Shown here: positions 19,261 to 31,300 of the stretch, in pieces
Layout of the letters: the number at the start of each line of letters is the position of its first letter
Numbering within the stretch: position 1 is the stretch's first letter
Origin: a virus
Taxonomy: Duplodnaviria > Caudoviricetes
Reading direction: 5' to 3' (one strand)
DNA length: 64,000 nt
Virus record (IMG/VR): IMGVR_UViG_3300025577_000005
Coordinates: 1-64,000 of that record
Position numbers and translations under genes: made by a program
The notes under the pieces: generated by a model
The model's input: the letters and a program-made list of their open reading frames with translations, nothing else
Database searches by the model: none
Told to the model about the DNA's origin: nothing

Positions 19261-22200
19261 CTTAGTGCAATTACTCTAAGGTCTGCTAAACGAGGTGCTT
19301 GTGCCTGATTTGAACTATTCATTACAATTTTGATACCATATCCAGTGAATAAATCTAAATTTTCAACTGTAAATTCATATTCTAAAAATTCTCCATCAAG
19401 ACTTGCTTTAACTTTTGTGTCCGGCAATCCACTATTTTTAGATTGATCAACAACTAAAAATCCTTCAGTAGTCTCTTTCAAATTATTATATCCTGGAAAT
19501 AGTTCATAAGATTGACTAATTTCACTAGAATCTGCTTTTATTGTAGTATAAAGAACTCTAAAATCAGAATCTCCTGGTCTTTCTGCAGCAATAATAACTT
19601 TTAGTCCAGAAGCTGGATTTTTAAGAGTGTTTATATTTGAATAATATACAGAAGCATGTGGATCGAATAATATTGAATTGACACGACTGTCACTGGAATA
19701 ATCATCAATTGGATTGTTTAAACGAGATAGATTAAATTCTGTTCTTGCTTGATTAAGATCAAGTATTGGAGATAATGCACTATTAGGATCATTAGAATTA
19801 AATACGATTGCAGTAGTAAACGATTTCTTTCTTGGTAAAGAAGTCAAATATTCATTTTGATTTGCTTCTGATGCAACCATTCTTACCGAATTTAAAGAGT
19901 TTAATTCATTTAATTGAATTTGTTGATATCCACTATCATTAAACGAAACCTCATTTCCACTAACACTTGTTGCAGTTACAGTTCTGATTTGTCCAGTTAC
20001 AGAAGTTGTTGAACCTGGTGTCAGAATGCCATATATTGGATTTACTGCATCATACATTATGTTTTGGGAAGCAGTAACATTATCCCCACCAATTAATTTT
20101 TCATCATTGAATGATAACTGGGGATCTCCTGCTGAAGATCCATCATTCAATCTTGAAGTTCCTTTATTAGATGACCTATCAATTCTTACATGATAGCTAT
20201 CAATATCTACTGGGGAAGCAATAGAGGTTGTTATCCCATTAACTCTTCTTAATGAAACTCCACCAAATTCATATTTTTCTACATCCGTATCTATAAAGTG
20301 ATTGATTGCAATAGTATTATCAATTCCTCTACCATTACTACTAATATTTAATATTCCGGATCCAACACCTTCATATTTGATAACTTCATTTCCAATTTTT
20401 ACATATCCTGGATATGATCCAGAAACATTTTTCCCTTCAAAAGTTACGAAGTTTGATGTAGAAGCAACACTAATAGTAGATGTTTGATCAACATTTAGTT
20501 GGGAACTTAATACAGTTGTCGGAACATCGGATTTAATATTATCTACTACCAATTTATTAGTAGTAGAATACATTCCATGATTAAAATGATCTACCTTAAA
20601 ATAATCACCAGAGTAGACTCCACCATCTGAAGAGGAACTTAAAATATTTGTTCCTGCAGCAGATACAATTGTAGAAGCATCACTATAATAACTAACAGCA
20701 GCACCTACAGCAAATTCTTTTCCACTACCACTACCACCAAATTGACCTTGAACATTTGAAAGATATAAAGTATTCAATCCTGATATTCCAGCAATTGTAA
20801 CTGTAGCATCTCTACCAGTTTGTTTAGATGTTGTTGAAGTTTGAATGCCAACAACATCTCCAACTTGATATCCAGTTCCAAAATCAATAGTAGAGTGTCC
20901 AACTCCGGTAATAACTCCACTTGAATTTGTGTCTATAAGAAGTTTAAGATTTTCACCTTTTCCGGATACATTGTAAGTACTCACTATTTGATTACTAACA
21001 CTTGCCGGATAATTCGCACCTGCATCTGTGAGACTAACACTACTAACAGAACTTCCCTGTCCAACAACAATAGCAGATCCTCCATTATTATTGACTCCGG
21101 CAAGTTTTCTGCCAACAGTTACAATACCAATAAAATTAGAATTTGTTGTTGTAACAATGCCAATTTTTCCTGTTTTTGGAAGAATAGTAATAGGATTATT
21201 ATTTAACTTTCTAATATATCCATTACTTTCATCTAGTGGTGGGTTATAAAAATATACGGACCCTGTTGTTTGAGTAAATTCTGCTTTGTATAATTTAAAT
21301 TTAAGATCTTGGTTTTGATCTGTTGTCCAAATAGAACCATTTTGAGATTTAAATAATGAACCAAGAGCAAACTGTTGAGTATAGATTACCTGATCAACAT
21401 CTGGAAGAGATTGTGTATTAATAGTTTTTTCTCCCATAACTGCAGACCATACTTCATATTCATCACTTTGTGCAGAAATTAGAACAATCGCATATTCTCT
21501 TCCTGGTGACAGGAAAATAGGTTCTGGAAACTTGACATTAGTTGCAATTTCTCCAGTATCTGATGTTTGAATGAGTTGAGTTTCAACACCATTTTCATCA
21601 ACAGATCTAGGTCTAAGAGTTACTGATGAATTACCAATAACTTCTAACGTAGGAGTTCCTAGTAATGTAGATCTAACTTGAACTGTAACAGGTGCAGTAC
21701 CACTATCAATAGATGCAAAGTATATGTCTACAGAGGTTAAAAATACTCCATTCACATCATCTTCAGTATCAATATCAGATTTAACTTGAATATTTCCACC
21801 AACAGTAAAGGTTTGAGCAAGAGGATCAAAATATGCTACCTCAACACTTCCCCCACTAGTTGCATTTACAGTATTATTAATCGTAGTAGTTGTAGTATTT
21901 GTTGTTACCGTAGCTTGGAAGTTAATTAAGGTTGCATTTGCAGTATAATTTGTTTCCGCAAAAGAAACGGAATTACTTCCAGGCAATCCAGGGGTATTTG
22001 TAGAACTTGATGTAAGTTTATAAGTTTTTGTTCCTGTGGATATTCTTGTTGAAGGTCTTGGTGTTGCATTTGGATCTCTTAAGAAAAAAGATCCAATAAG
22101 ATCTCCATAATTATCTGATATTAATCTAATATCTTTTACAAATGCAATTGCTTGGCTAGTTTGTCCCACCAACTGCATTCCACTTTCAAGATATCCAAAA

Positions 22201-25200
22201 AAGTCCCCTTGAGAATTTTGTGCAAGTGCTGCGGTATCTACATTAAGAATTTTTGATGTTGAATTGTAATTGTTGGATATGGTAGGATTATTTGGATTAT
22301 ACGGATTCTGATTGTAAATTGATGTTGGTGAATTAAAAGGTCCTAATTTATGATTCGGATTACAAACTCTAAATCTTATTCGTTCTTGACCATTAACAGT
22401 TCCAATTACAGTTTCTCCAATCCTAAATGCACCGGAAGAACCATTTCCAGTAAGTCCTTGATTATCAGAAATTTCAATTAGTTTAGGAACCAAATCAACA
22501 GCACTATTACCATCCAGAAATTGATAAAATCTGGTGTTTGGTTTGAGATTAGAAGCATTGAACTCAACATTTCTAGACCTCATAAATTCTTCATCAGGTG
22601 TACCAACCACCTCATTGCGAATAAATGTATCTACAGTATCAAAACTATCACTTGCAGTGCTACTAGCACTTGTAGTGCCACCAAGTGCCCCAGCAAAGTT
22701 TCTAAGTGCATTAGCTACTCCACCACCACCACCTCTAAATCTTGGAGCTAATGGAACATTGAAAGATCTATTTTGAGTAAGATTTAGATTATTGACAAGA
22801 TTGACTTCTTGTGTAAAACTATTATTTACATTCACATCCTGCAATTGAACTGTTCTAGTCCAACTATCAACCTCTGGTTGTAATTTAACCACTCCATCAT
22901 AAATGACAATATTGAAAGGGTTTACATTTTCTACTTTAGTTGCAAATGGTTGTTCTAGCCAATCAATTTCGTTATATGCAAGAGTTAATGCTCGACCAGT
23001 TTTTTGAATAGAAGAGTCTAATAAAATTAAATTTTCATCATTTAAATCTAGTTCTTGTGGTGACAAGTCATCTAAAGTTGCTACTAGTGAATCTAATGAA
23101 TTTCTACTAATGTTTGGATTTAAAGTTCTAGTAGATTGATCAACCAAAGTTGTTGAAAGAAAGGTATCAAACTTAGAATTGTCGGAAAATGAGTCAACAA
23201 AGAAACCACTTTTAAATCTATCTCTACCTTCAGTATCTTGAATTCTCAAAGTGTTTGCATTTATTTCTAGAAGAGATAATGTTGTTACTCTTTCTAAATT
23301 TTCAACTCTATCTTCAATAATACCAATGTCTCTCATCGTGTATCTTCTATTGTCAGTTAAGACAATACCAGCATTAGATGTATTATAAAGATACGCAGGA
23401 TATGCAATTGTTGCAAGTTCTATGAAATCCCCTCTCTTGCTAGGTGGTTTTGGATTTTTTGAGGAAATTCCTTTTTCAACAACAAAATTGCCAAGAATAT
23501 CCAAATAAACTTTGTCCATTCTTGGAAGATAAAAACTTTGACTGACTATTGCATTCTCTTTTGGTGCTAATAATCTTAATGGAGAAGTATTAAATGCCGA
23601 AGTTCTAGCATTAAAATCATATGGTGATTTATCAGTTGTTACTGCAGGATTAAATATTGCCACTCTAGGTCTAAAGTCTAAAGTATCTGTTGCTCTAATG
23701 GATCCTCCAATATTTGGAATATCTTTAGAAAATCTTTCTGCATCATAACTATCGACGGTAAATACATCTCCAGAATCATCTGTTGGAACTGTATAGTGAT
23801 CAAAAACTATTAATAAACGACGAGATGGTTCATGAATATTTTTTCTTCTCTCAATTCTTGAATAATCGTAATATTGATTTTTCTGTCCTCTGTTTAATAC
23901 ATATGATCCAGTTATATCATTATAATTGCCCTTTGTTATAGAATCAATTTGAGAATTAATTTTTGATTCCTCAAATACTACAGATTCACCTACGGAAAAT
24001 TTGTTTTCGTTTAAATAAATAACTCCCAATTTATTTGTACTTCCTGACGAAGGAGATGTAGTGTTATTAGTAACAATTCTGGCTACAGTATTACTTTTAG
24101 TCCCTATAATATTTTCACCAATTAATGCATTTGCTCCAACATTTGATATGACTGGAAAATCAACTATATCTAAAGTCGGATTGGATTCATTTAGAGATTC
24201 ATAAATTGAAAGAACCTTCACCACATCGGGATAATTTAATGATATTTCTTCGTCCTGAATTCTCAGACCATAATATTGATTATATGTTAACCCATCATTT
24301 TTAGAGGTTACGGCATTATTTCCAGACTCTTTTAATTTTGACCCATTTACAGATAAAATTCTACTTCTACTGTAAGTTTTAGTTTTACTTTGAATATTAT
24401 TTTTCACTGCTGTTACATTAACAACAGTATCACTATTTGAAAGAGTGCTGTCTAAACCTCTAATAGTTACTGTATTTCCACTAATACTGAATGCATCCGA
24501 AGTAATCGTTCCTATACCTCCTCCACTATATCCAATACCAAATCTCTCTTGATCAAAATTAACCCAAGATACATCGCTAATACCACTAATATCACTAGTA
24601 TTGATAGTTATAGTATTGTCAGAATTATCAACATCTTTTCCAATTAACTGTTCAGTAATGAATAATTGAGAATTAGAAAGATCAATACTAGAGGCATTCG
24701 GTTCTACTAAGGGTGCAAATAATGTTCCAGATCCTCTTACTATTGGTGCTCCTAAAAATCCATCAACTTGAATATTTGATGTTGGAAGTGTTCCATTAAA
24801 TACTCCAGCAACACTTGATAGTGCAGAAATTTGAAATGATAATGCATCGGTTGCAATACTAGATATTCTATTAAAATACTCTAATGAAGAACCAGATTGT
24901 TGATATCTGATCACAGTATCAGTTCTAATACCAACAAAAGTTCTACCTGGAGAAGTTACTGTAGAGATACCTCCCCCAGTTGCAGTAATTGTTAATTCAG
25001 ATACTGATCCTGGAAAATTAAATTTATCTAAAATTGAATCCGCTCGAAAATTGCTAGTCCCCCAACTGGGCCCAAAAGGTGATGTTTGTTTTACTGACTT
25101 AATGTTTTGAGTATTATATGCATGAACTTCAGTTATAGATCTTGAAGATTGTATTCCATTAATAATTAAACTTTCACCTTTTGCAAAAGTTCCAGAAGTT

Positions 25201-26705
25201 TGTCTTAAAAATATTTGATTTGATGACCCATCTGCTGTAGCAAATCCTGTTGATCCAGTACTATTTCCTTTAACAAAGAATGATTGTTTTATTTCATCTG
25301 AAGAAACAGATTGATTTAATGTTAATCTAGTATATGTCTGAATATCATACAATCTCAAATCCCAACTAGTTGCTGCATTAGAATATGCCGCATCAGTTAA
25401 ACTAAATGAATATACTCTTGCTTCTCCAATTTGAGTCCCCAAACATCCAAATTGTGCATAAAGAGCGATTGTTTTTCTTACCTTTGCTACTCCAGTTACA
25501 TTATTAACTCTCAGTATATTTCCCATTTCAAATGGGACTGTAGTATTCTTAATGTCTGCAGTATCTCTAGGTTTATCTACATCTACAATAGAAGTAGATA
25601 CTTTTTCAATATCGTAACCTTGAACATATGCCTTTCCAGGTGATATTTTTAGTACTGCTAAACTTTCTGATGGAATATTTCCTTGATCTGTTGTTTCATT
25701 ATTGAAAAAAGTTCCATCACTGCCTAATCTATCATTTAAAGATTCTTCTACATGTAAATCGAATTGATTTATGGTATAGTTGCCAGATTCGTCAAAAGTT
25801 CTCTCCGCAAGATAATCACGAATTCTATTATACTCAGTTTTGGTTGTAATTTTTTTAACTTTTCCATTTTTTACTCTAAGCAACTCTACAAAATCAGTAT
25901 CATTTGAATCTGTTAGAGGTCTTTTTGTAAGTGATAAAGATATTTTTAATCTATCAGATCCTGGTGATGCATAATTTGTAAATCCTTTTGCATTATCAAA
26001 TAAAGATTCATCTTCTTTTGCATTAATAATAGACTCATCAATTTTTAATCCAACTCTATACGATGGAGTATTTGTATAATAATCTAAAATAATTGTCTGC
26101 TTTGAAACTTTTACAAAATAACCCCTTATAAAAAATATTCCTTCTCCAATTGACGACGAAGATCCAATGTCGGTTGAATCTGAACTAATTGAAGACGCAA
26201 AAGGTGATCCTGCACTTATAGTCGTATTTCCATAAACAACATTTTCATTTGCTGATAATAATTCTCCATCAATAAACTGCGAAAATTCAAAATTTTCATC
26301 CGATTTTAAATATTTTACATATAGAGTTATATTATCTACTTCATTACTTTCTGACGGAAAAACTACCTTTTGAATTTTGGCAGTAATTCCAGAAACTTGC
26401 CCAGATATAGTTTTTCCAACAAAATTCTTAATGTATACTGATAAATCAACTCCAAATTGAGTCGTATTCACTTTAACGGAGTAGAATTGTCCGTCGTATC
26501 CAATATTTCCAGGAACAACAATCGATCCTTCTTTAAAAATATGATCCGCAAAATCTTCTACCTGATTTTGAAGTATAGATTGTAAAGTTGTTAGTTCTCT
26601 ACTCTGAACAGGATATCCCGGTTTAAATAATACTTTTAAAAAATTTTTCGATGCATCAAAATCATCATAATATGGATTAATGTTTAAATTTGTTTTTTGC
26701 GACAT
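19257..26705 (-). CDS. Large baseplate/tail protein, VrlC-like (DUF4815-type)
   Basis: 2482 aa; NLNINPYYDDFD, FKPGYPVQSRELTTLQS, RTFDESGNY, RFKSGFFVDSF, DPLAQTF, GSLFKSQNGSIW. Confidence 0.88.
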   Translation of the reverse strand: MSQKTNLNINPYYDDFDASKNFLKVLFKPGYPVQSRELTTLQSILQNQVEDFADHIFKEGSIVVPGNIGYDGQFYSVKVNTTQFGVDLSVYIKNFVGKTISGQVSGITAKIQKVVFPSESNEVDNITLYVKYLKSDENFEFSQFIDGELLSANENVVYGNTTISAGSPFASSISSDSTDIGSSSSIGEGIFFIRGYFVKVSKQTIILDYYTNTPSYRVGLKIDESIINAKEDESLFDNAKGFTNYASPGSDRLKISLSLTKRPLTDSNDTDFVELLRVKNGKVKKITTKTEYNRIRDYLAERTFDESGNYTINQFDLHVEESLNDRLGSDGTFFNNETTDQGNIPSESLAVLKISPGKAYVQGYDIEKVSTSIVDVDKPRDTADIKNTTVPFEMGNILRVNNVTGVAKVRKTIALYAQFGCLGTQIGEARVYSFSLTDAAYSNAATSWDLRLYDIQTYTRLTLNQSVSSDEIKQSFFVKGNSTGSTGFATADGSSNQIFLRQTSGTFAKGESLIINGIQSSRSITEVHAYNTQNIKSVKQTSPFGPSWGTSNFRADSILDKFNFPGSVSELTITATGGGISTVTSPGRTFVGIRTDTVIRYQQSGSSLEYFNRISSIATDALSFQISALSSVAGVFNGTLPTSNIQVDGFLGAPIVRGSGTLFAPLVEPNASSIDLSNSQLFITEQLIGKDVDNSDNTITINTSDISGISDVSWVNFDQERFGIGYSGGGIGTITSDAFSISGNTVTIRGLDSTLSNSDTVVNVTAVKNNIQSKTKTYSRSRILSVNGSKLKESGNNAVTSKNDGLTYNQYYGLRIQDEEISLNYPDVVKVLSIYESLNESNPTLDIVDFPVISNVGANALIGENIIGTKSNTVARIVTNNTTSPSSGSTNKLGVIYLNENKFSVGESVVFEESKINSQIDSITKGNYNDITGSYVLNRGQKNQYYDYSRIERRKNIHEPSRRLLIVFDHYTVPTDDSGDVFTVDSYDAERFSKDIPNIGGSIRATDTLDFRPRVAIFNPAVTTDKSPYDFNARTSAFNTSPLRLLAPKENAIVSQSFYLPRMDKVYLDILGNFVVEKGISSKNPKPPSKRGDFIELATIAYPAYLYNTSNAGIVLTDNRRYTMRDIGIIEDRVENLERVTTLSLLEINANTLRIQDTEGRDRFKSGFFVDSFSDNSKFDTFLSTTLVDQSTRTLNPNISRNSLDSLVATLDDLSPQELDLNDENLILLDSSIQKTGRALTLAYNEIDWLEQPFATKVENVNPFNIVIYDGVVKLQPEVDSWTRTVQLQDVNVNNSFTQEVNLVNNLNLTQNRSFNVPLAPRFRGGGGGVANALRNFAGALGGTTSASSTASDSFDTVDTFIRNEVVGTPDEEFMRSRNVEFNASNLKPNTRFYQFLDGNSAVDLVPKLIEISDNQGLTGNGSSGAFRIGETVIGTVNGQERIRFRVCNPNHKLGPFNSPTSIYNQNPYNPNNPTISNNYNSTSKILNVDTAALAQNSQGDFFGYLESGMQLVGQTSQAIAFVKDIRLISDNYGDLIGSFFLRDPNATPRPSTRISTGTKTYKLTSSSTNTPGLPGSNSVSFAETNYTANATLINFQATVTTNTTTTTINNTVNATSGGSVEVAYFDPLAQTFTVGGNIQVKSDIDTEDDVNGVFLTSVDIYFASIDSGTAPVTVQVRSTLLGTPTLEVIGNSSVTLRPRSVDENGVETQLIQTSDTGEIATNVKFPEPIFLSPGREYAIVLISAQSDEYEVWSAVMGEKTINTQSLPDVDQVIYTQQFALGSLFKSQNGSIWTTDQNQDLKFKLYKAEFTQTTGSVYFYNPPLDESNGYIRKLNNNPITILPKTGKIGIVTTTNSNFIGIVTVGRKLAGVNNNGGSAIVVGQGSSVSSVSLTDAGANYPASVSNQIVSTYNVSGKGENLKLLIDTNSSGVITGVGHSTIDFGTGYQVGDVVGIQTSTTSKQTGRDATVTIAGISGLNTLYLSNVQGQFGGSGSGKEFAVGAAVSYYSDASTIVSAAGTNILSSSSDGGVYSGDYFKVDHFNHGMYSTTNKLVVDNIKSDVPTTVLSSQLNVDQTSTISVASTSNFVTFEGKNVSGSYPGYVKIGNEVIKYEGVGSGILNISSNGRGIDNTIAINHFIDTDVEKYEFGGVSLRRVNGITTSIASPVDIDSYHVRIDRSSNKGTSRLNDGSSAGDPQLSFNDEKLIGGDNVTASQNIMYDAVNPIYGILTPGSTTSVTGQIRTVTATSVSGNEVSFNDSGYQQIQLNELNSLNSVRMVASEANQNEYLTSLPRKKSFTTAIVFNSNDPNSALSPILDLNQARTEFNLSRLNNPIDDYSSDSRVNSILFDPHASVYYSNINTLKNPASGLKVIIAAERPGDSDFRVLYTTIKADSSEISQSYELFPGYNNLKETTEGFLVVDQSKNSGLPDTKVKASLDGEFLEYEFTVENLDLFTGYGIKIVMNSSNQAQAPRLADLRVIALR

Positions 26706-26711
26706 TTTTCT

Positions 26712-28289
26712 TTAGAATTCCAGAATAATTTTGATGTCTTCTTTTTGCCTAGAGTCTCTTACAACAAGAGAACGATTGTCAATGTAAATAACATCTCCCG
26801 TGTTTTTATTTATCTCAGGATCAGCAACCCCTCCTGTGAAAGTTACTCCCAAATTAATTACTTTAGATCCAATTGTAGTTGTAATTCCAGTAAAATTTGT
26901 ATCAACTGCTGCTGTAAAAGTTCCATCAGAAATTGTATTTGTTGTTGAGGCAAAACTTACAACATTTGCTTTATTAGTAACATCATTTCTGTCAGTTTGA
27001 TCTAAAGTATTGCCAAAGTTTAAAGATCTATCTTGATAATATTTCAATACATTAGTCTCAGTATCATATGATGCTATATATCCTCTTGCAGTGCCAATTG
27101 AAGTAGACTGCTCAATTTTACCTCCAATAGTTGGACTATCACTAAAATCTGATGTTAATTTAATTGCTCCTAATGATGAATAATCACTCGCATTATAAAG
27201 AGACGTAGAATTATATTTTTCTGGATTTTTTATAATTCCTACCTGAGCAAATTTAGTATCTGTCGGAAAATCTCTTGTAGAATCATCAAATCTAGAATAT
27301 GCAAGAACTTTATCCGAACCCAATTCCTCATATATGTTATATCCATGACCTCTTGATGGGGGTATTATTGGAATTAATTTTGCTGGATTTGAAATAGTGT
27401 CTGTTGCTCCATGTCCAAAATCAACAATTCCAAATGTATATCCACTACCACCAGAAACAACTGTTGTTTTAATAATAGTTCCAGATGTATTAACTTCTAT
27501 GTTTACTTTTGCTCCTGATCCATCACCTTTAATATCGTAAGTACCTGCCGTATAAATACCACTTCCACCGTTCTCAATATACACATATTTTATTTGATTA
27601 TTATTGATATTAGAATCTCCAGAATCTCTTACAGACTGAATTTGAAAATTATCTGACGTTAACCAACCACTCGGAAGAACAATATATTCTGTGGAATCAA
27701 ATTTGATAATATCGGATGGTGATATAGTAAACAAATACTTCCAAAGATATCCATCTCCACTTGTTCCTGCAGAAGATACTTCTAAATCTGTAAATGTTGG
27801 TTCGTCCTGAGATGTATTTCCATTTAACTTTGATGCTCCTCCAATATCACCATGAGATCCATTATAGATGCATATATAAACTTTAAAGTCACTATTGACA
27901 ATATAATAATTACTATCATAAAGTCTTGCACTTTGTGAAATGGGTGCTAAATTTGAAACACTATAATCATGACGATACATTTCATATCTATTATTTGAAA
28001 CCCAATTAACTTTTTTTACAACTCTTCTAATATTTGAACTATTTAATTTTTTTCCAAATAATGCGGTATTTCTATAATGACTCAAATACTGTTGATTATC
28101 AATTGGACTTGGAGGGTTTGATGGGATATTTCCCCATGACGAAGTTCTGCCAAATCCTACAGGAGTGGATGTTGTTCCGGGATTTGAAAGTCCTAAAAAT
28201 ACATAATAATTATTGTCGGCACTTAAGACAGACTCTACAAAATTATTAGCATTAGCAATTCTAAATTGATCTGTTACTATAGCAGACAT
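26712..28289 (-). CDS. g8: Baseplate wedge subunit gp8
   Basis: MSAIVTDQFRI, YEMYRHDYS, VYICIYNG, DGYLWKYLFTI, EDIKIILEF. Confidence 0.92.
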   Translation of the reverse strand: MSAIVTDQFRIANANNFVESVLSADNNYYVFLGLSNPGTTSTPVGFGRTSSWGNIPSNPPSPIDNQQYLSHYRNTALFGKKLNSSNIRRVVKKVNWVSNNRYEMYRHDYSVSNLAPISQSARLYDSNYYIVNSDFKVYICIYNGSHGDIGGASKLNGNTSQDEPTFTDLEVSSAGTSGDGYLWKYLFTISPSDIIKFDSTEYIVLPSGWLTSDNFQIQSVRDSGDSNINNNQIKYVYIENGGSGIYTAGTYDIKGDGSGAKVNIEVNTSGTIIKTTVVSGGSGYTFGIVDFGHGATDTISNPAKLIPIIPPSRGHGYNIYEELGSDKVLAYSRFDDSTRDFPTDTKFAQVGIIKNPEKYNSTSLYNASDYSSLGAIKLTSDFSDSPTIGGKIEQSTSIGTARGYIASYDTETNVLKYYQDRSLNFGNTLDQTDRNDVTNKANVVSFASTTNTISDGTFTAAVDTNFTGITTTIGSKVINLGVTFTGGVADPEINKNTGDVIYIDNRSLVVRDSRQKEDIKIILEF

Positions 28290-28308
28290 ATTACACAATT
28301 TTTTTAAA

Positions 28309-28316
28309 TATTTATA
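28309..28316 (-). promoter_or_regulatory. T4-type late promoter TATAAATA
   Basis: Exact consensus between g7 and g8. Confidence 0.8.
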
Positions 28317-28320
28317 TGGG

Positions 28321-31300
28321 TTAATTATCTTTTGTGTCGGGAAGTGCTCCTGTCAATCTAATACCTTCACCTCTTCTCTGAATTGTTGGGAAAGTTGACA
28401 ATCCAACATCAACAGTTTTTCCGGAAACCCCAATAGAAATTGGAGCAGAAGATCTGGTAATTGTAGTAAATAATCCCCAAGAAAATTCACCAACATAATC
28501 TCCATCAGTGGAAAGTCCTGTTATATCAGTTCCAGAGTCTATATTGCAAGTAACGATACCAACAAAATCACCAGAACGGCTCAATTGGTTGATATAGTAA
28601 ATATTATCTAAGAATGTAGTTCCAATACCAACTACAGCAGTATTTGAACTATCCACCGATGTAACACCAAATCCAATCATAGTGTCCTTAACAAATATTG
28701 GATACCCAACTTCTAGATCATTTCCAAAATTTGTTGTTCCCATATCGAGGAAAAACTTAAGTGCTAGTGGATGTCCACCAGATCCGGAAGTAGTTCCTAT
28801 TCCCGTTATAATTCCAGAAAATCCTTTAATAAATTTAATTTGATTGAGATTTTCAATATTTGAATCTGGTAAAGGTGTGATTGTTATGGGATTTGTAGTA
28901 TATCCAAATCCAGGATTTGTTATTGTAGTTCCAGTAATTACTCCATCAGTGACTGTTCCTGTAGCTTGAGCAGTAGTTCCAATACCAACACCAATTTGGA
29001 GTGGTGATTGGAACTTGATATTCACTGTCGATCCTACATATCCACTTCCACCATCTACAATTGTGAGTGAGGAAATTTTCCCACCACCAACGGATGCAGT
29101 GATATTAGCAGGGGAAGGATCTACTTTACCATCAACAATAATGCCTGCTACATTGTTATATGGGCCAGGAGCAGTTAAATCATAACCAAAATTACTTATA
29201 TTATCAACAAAAATTCTGGAATCAGAAGTTGTAATATCTTTAATAATTTTTGCGGTTGGATAAATTTGAGCAATCGTAGATTGTCTTGTCTTGTAAACAA
29301 ACTCTCCATTAATTACTCTATCAGTTTTTTGTTTTGTCCATGACATTGGTTTATGATTAACTTGATCAATACCTTGATCTACATACAAACTTGTCTCAAA
29401 TTTGTCTGAAAAAGATATATCAAAAATTGTTCTTTGATCTTGAGTAATGGTTTCTATAATAGAATCATTTTTGAATACTTTAACATCATCACCCTTTTCT
29501 AATGTTGGAAGGACATTATTTACCTGTATGTCATCTATACCTCTAGTTCCTCTATAGTAGAAAATATCAATTTGATCTTCTGGTTTTGGTGGAACAGTAA
29601 ATGCGAATGAAGTGCCCCCATCAAATACATAAGCAACACCAGGATCTTGAATGACACCATTCATAATAACGATCAATACATTTTGGAGTTCTATTACAGA
29701 ATTTTCAGGTTTTTCGAAACTCAATATTGATCCATTATATTTAAGTGGAAATCTTATTCTAACTCCATCTTGAAAATTCTTAACAGAATCAATATAATCA
29801 AGTTCTCCAAATTGCCATGAACCAAAATTATCACTAAAAGTTTCTAATACTGTAAACTCATATTCCGAAATAGGAGATGTTAAATTTTTATCAACAACAA
29901 GTCCGACTGGTTTGAATACATCACCTTTTTTAAATGAATATCCAGATCTTGTTATAGAGAAATTTTTAACTTCAAAATAAGTTGATCCAATACCTGTTAC
30001 AGAACTTTCATTAACATCAATATTCAATAACAATCCAATTCCAGTATCAGTCGTTGCTCCAACACCGACTCTAGAAACACCCACCACTTCAAGATTTTCA
30101 TATGTTGGTTCGGAAACAAATATTTCTGGATTATTATATCCAGTTCCTCCAGCACTAACATTAAATGATAATGTTCCACCAGCACCAACAGATGCTGTTA
30201 TTACAGCAACATCTCCAATATGATTATCTTCATGAACACTTATCCCAATCGATACTATTCCATTATATCCAGAACCATTATTATCAGAAATTCCAAGTCC
30301 AACAGATACAATTGAACCACCAGCACCAACGACAGCAGTTACTGCTGCACCAGCAAGAGGTGCGTATCCAAGTCCTCCAGTTGATCCTAAAGAAACAATA
30401 AGTCCTCCTCTAGGAATTTGATTTTGATTTATATCAGATTCAGAAACCAAAATACTATTAGGATTAATTACATCTGTTCTAATACCACTGAATATAATAG
30501 ATGATATTCCTGTAGGTGATGTTTGTTCAATAATACGGAAATTATTTTCTGGATTATTTTCAGTTGTTGGGGTTTGAAATATTCCATTAATAAATACGAG
30601 TCCATTTCCACCAATTGTTCCGACACCACTAGTATTTGCCCCACCAACAGTGAGTGTAAATGTTCTACCAATTCCATTGAATCCATCAGAAATGTCATCA
30701 TAAACTTCATTTGTAGTATAATCCTTCCTAAGAAATACTCTACCAGTAAAGTCTGATGTTTCAAATATTAAATTGTTATTAGTTCTCGTAATATTAGAAT
30801 TTCCTCTAGGTGCTTTTGTAAAGAAAATACTATCATCAACAATATTATAAGATCCTTTGTAAATTCTAGATGATGTACCGTCTGTATGAGATGTTGCAGA
30901 TGATCCAACAAATCCTCTCTCAACTTCTACTAGTTTTTGGGATCCTATATTTGTTATTGGTCCAATGTTTGAAGTTCCGAAACCAACATTGATAACTTTC
31001 ATATATTCATTATCAATTCTCAATATATCGAGAGGAGATATGGTAGAAATGCCACTTAAAGCAAAAATAGTTGCTCCTATTGAAATGCTTCCACCATTTC
31101 CAGATAAATCTTGTGAAATTTTAGTGAAAGCAATTGGATACTGAACAATATTATCTATAGTGACGATAGCTTTTTCATTTTTCTTTGCCATCGCAAATAC
31201 GTGAGCATTTCCTTCACCTACAGATGTAAATGTAACTGCCGATCCTGCTTTAGTTGTTGATATCGAAAAACTATCATCAGTATTAACAATCGCAAAAACT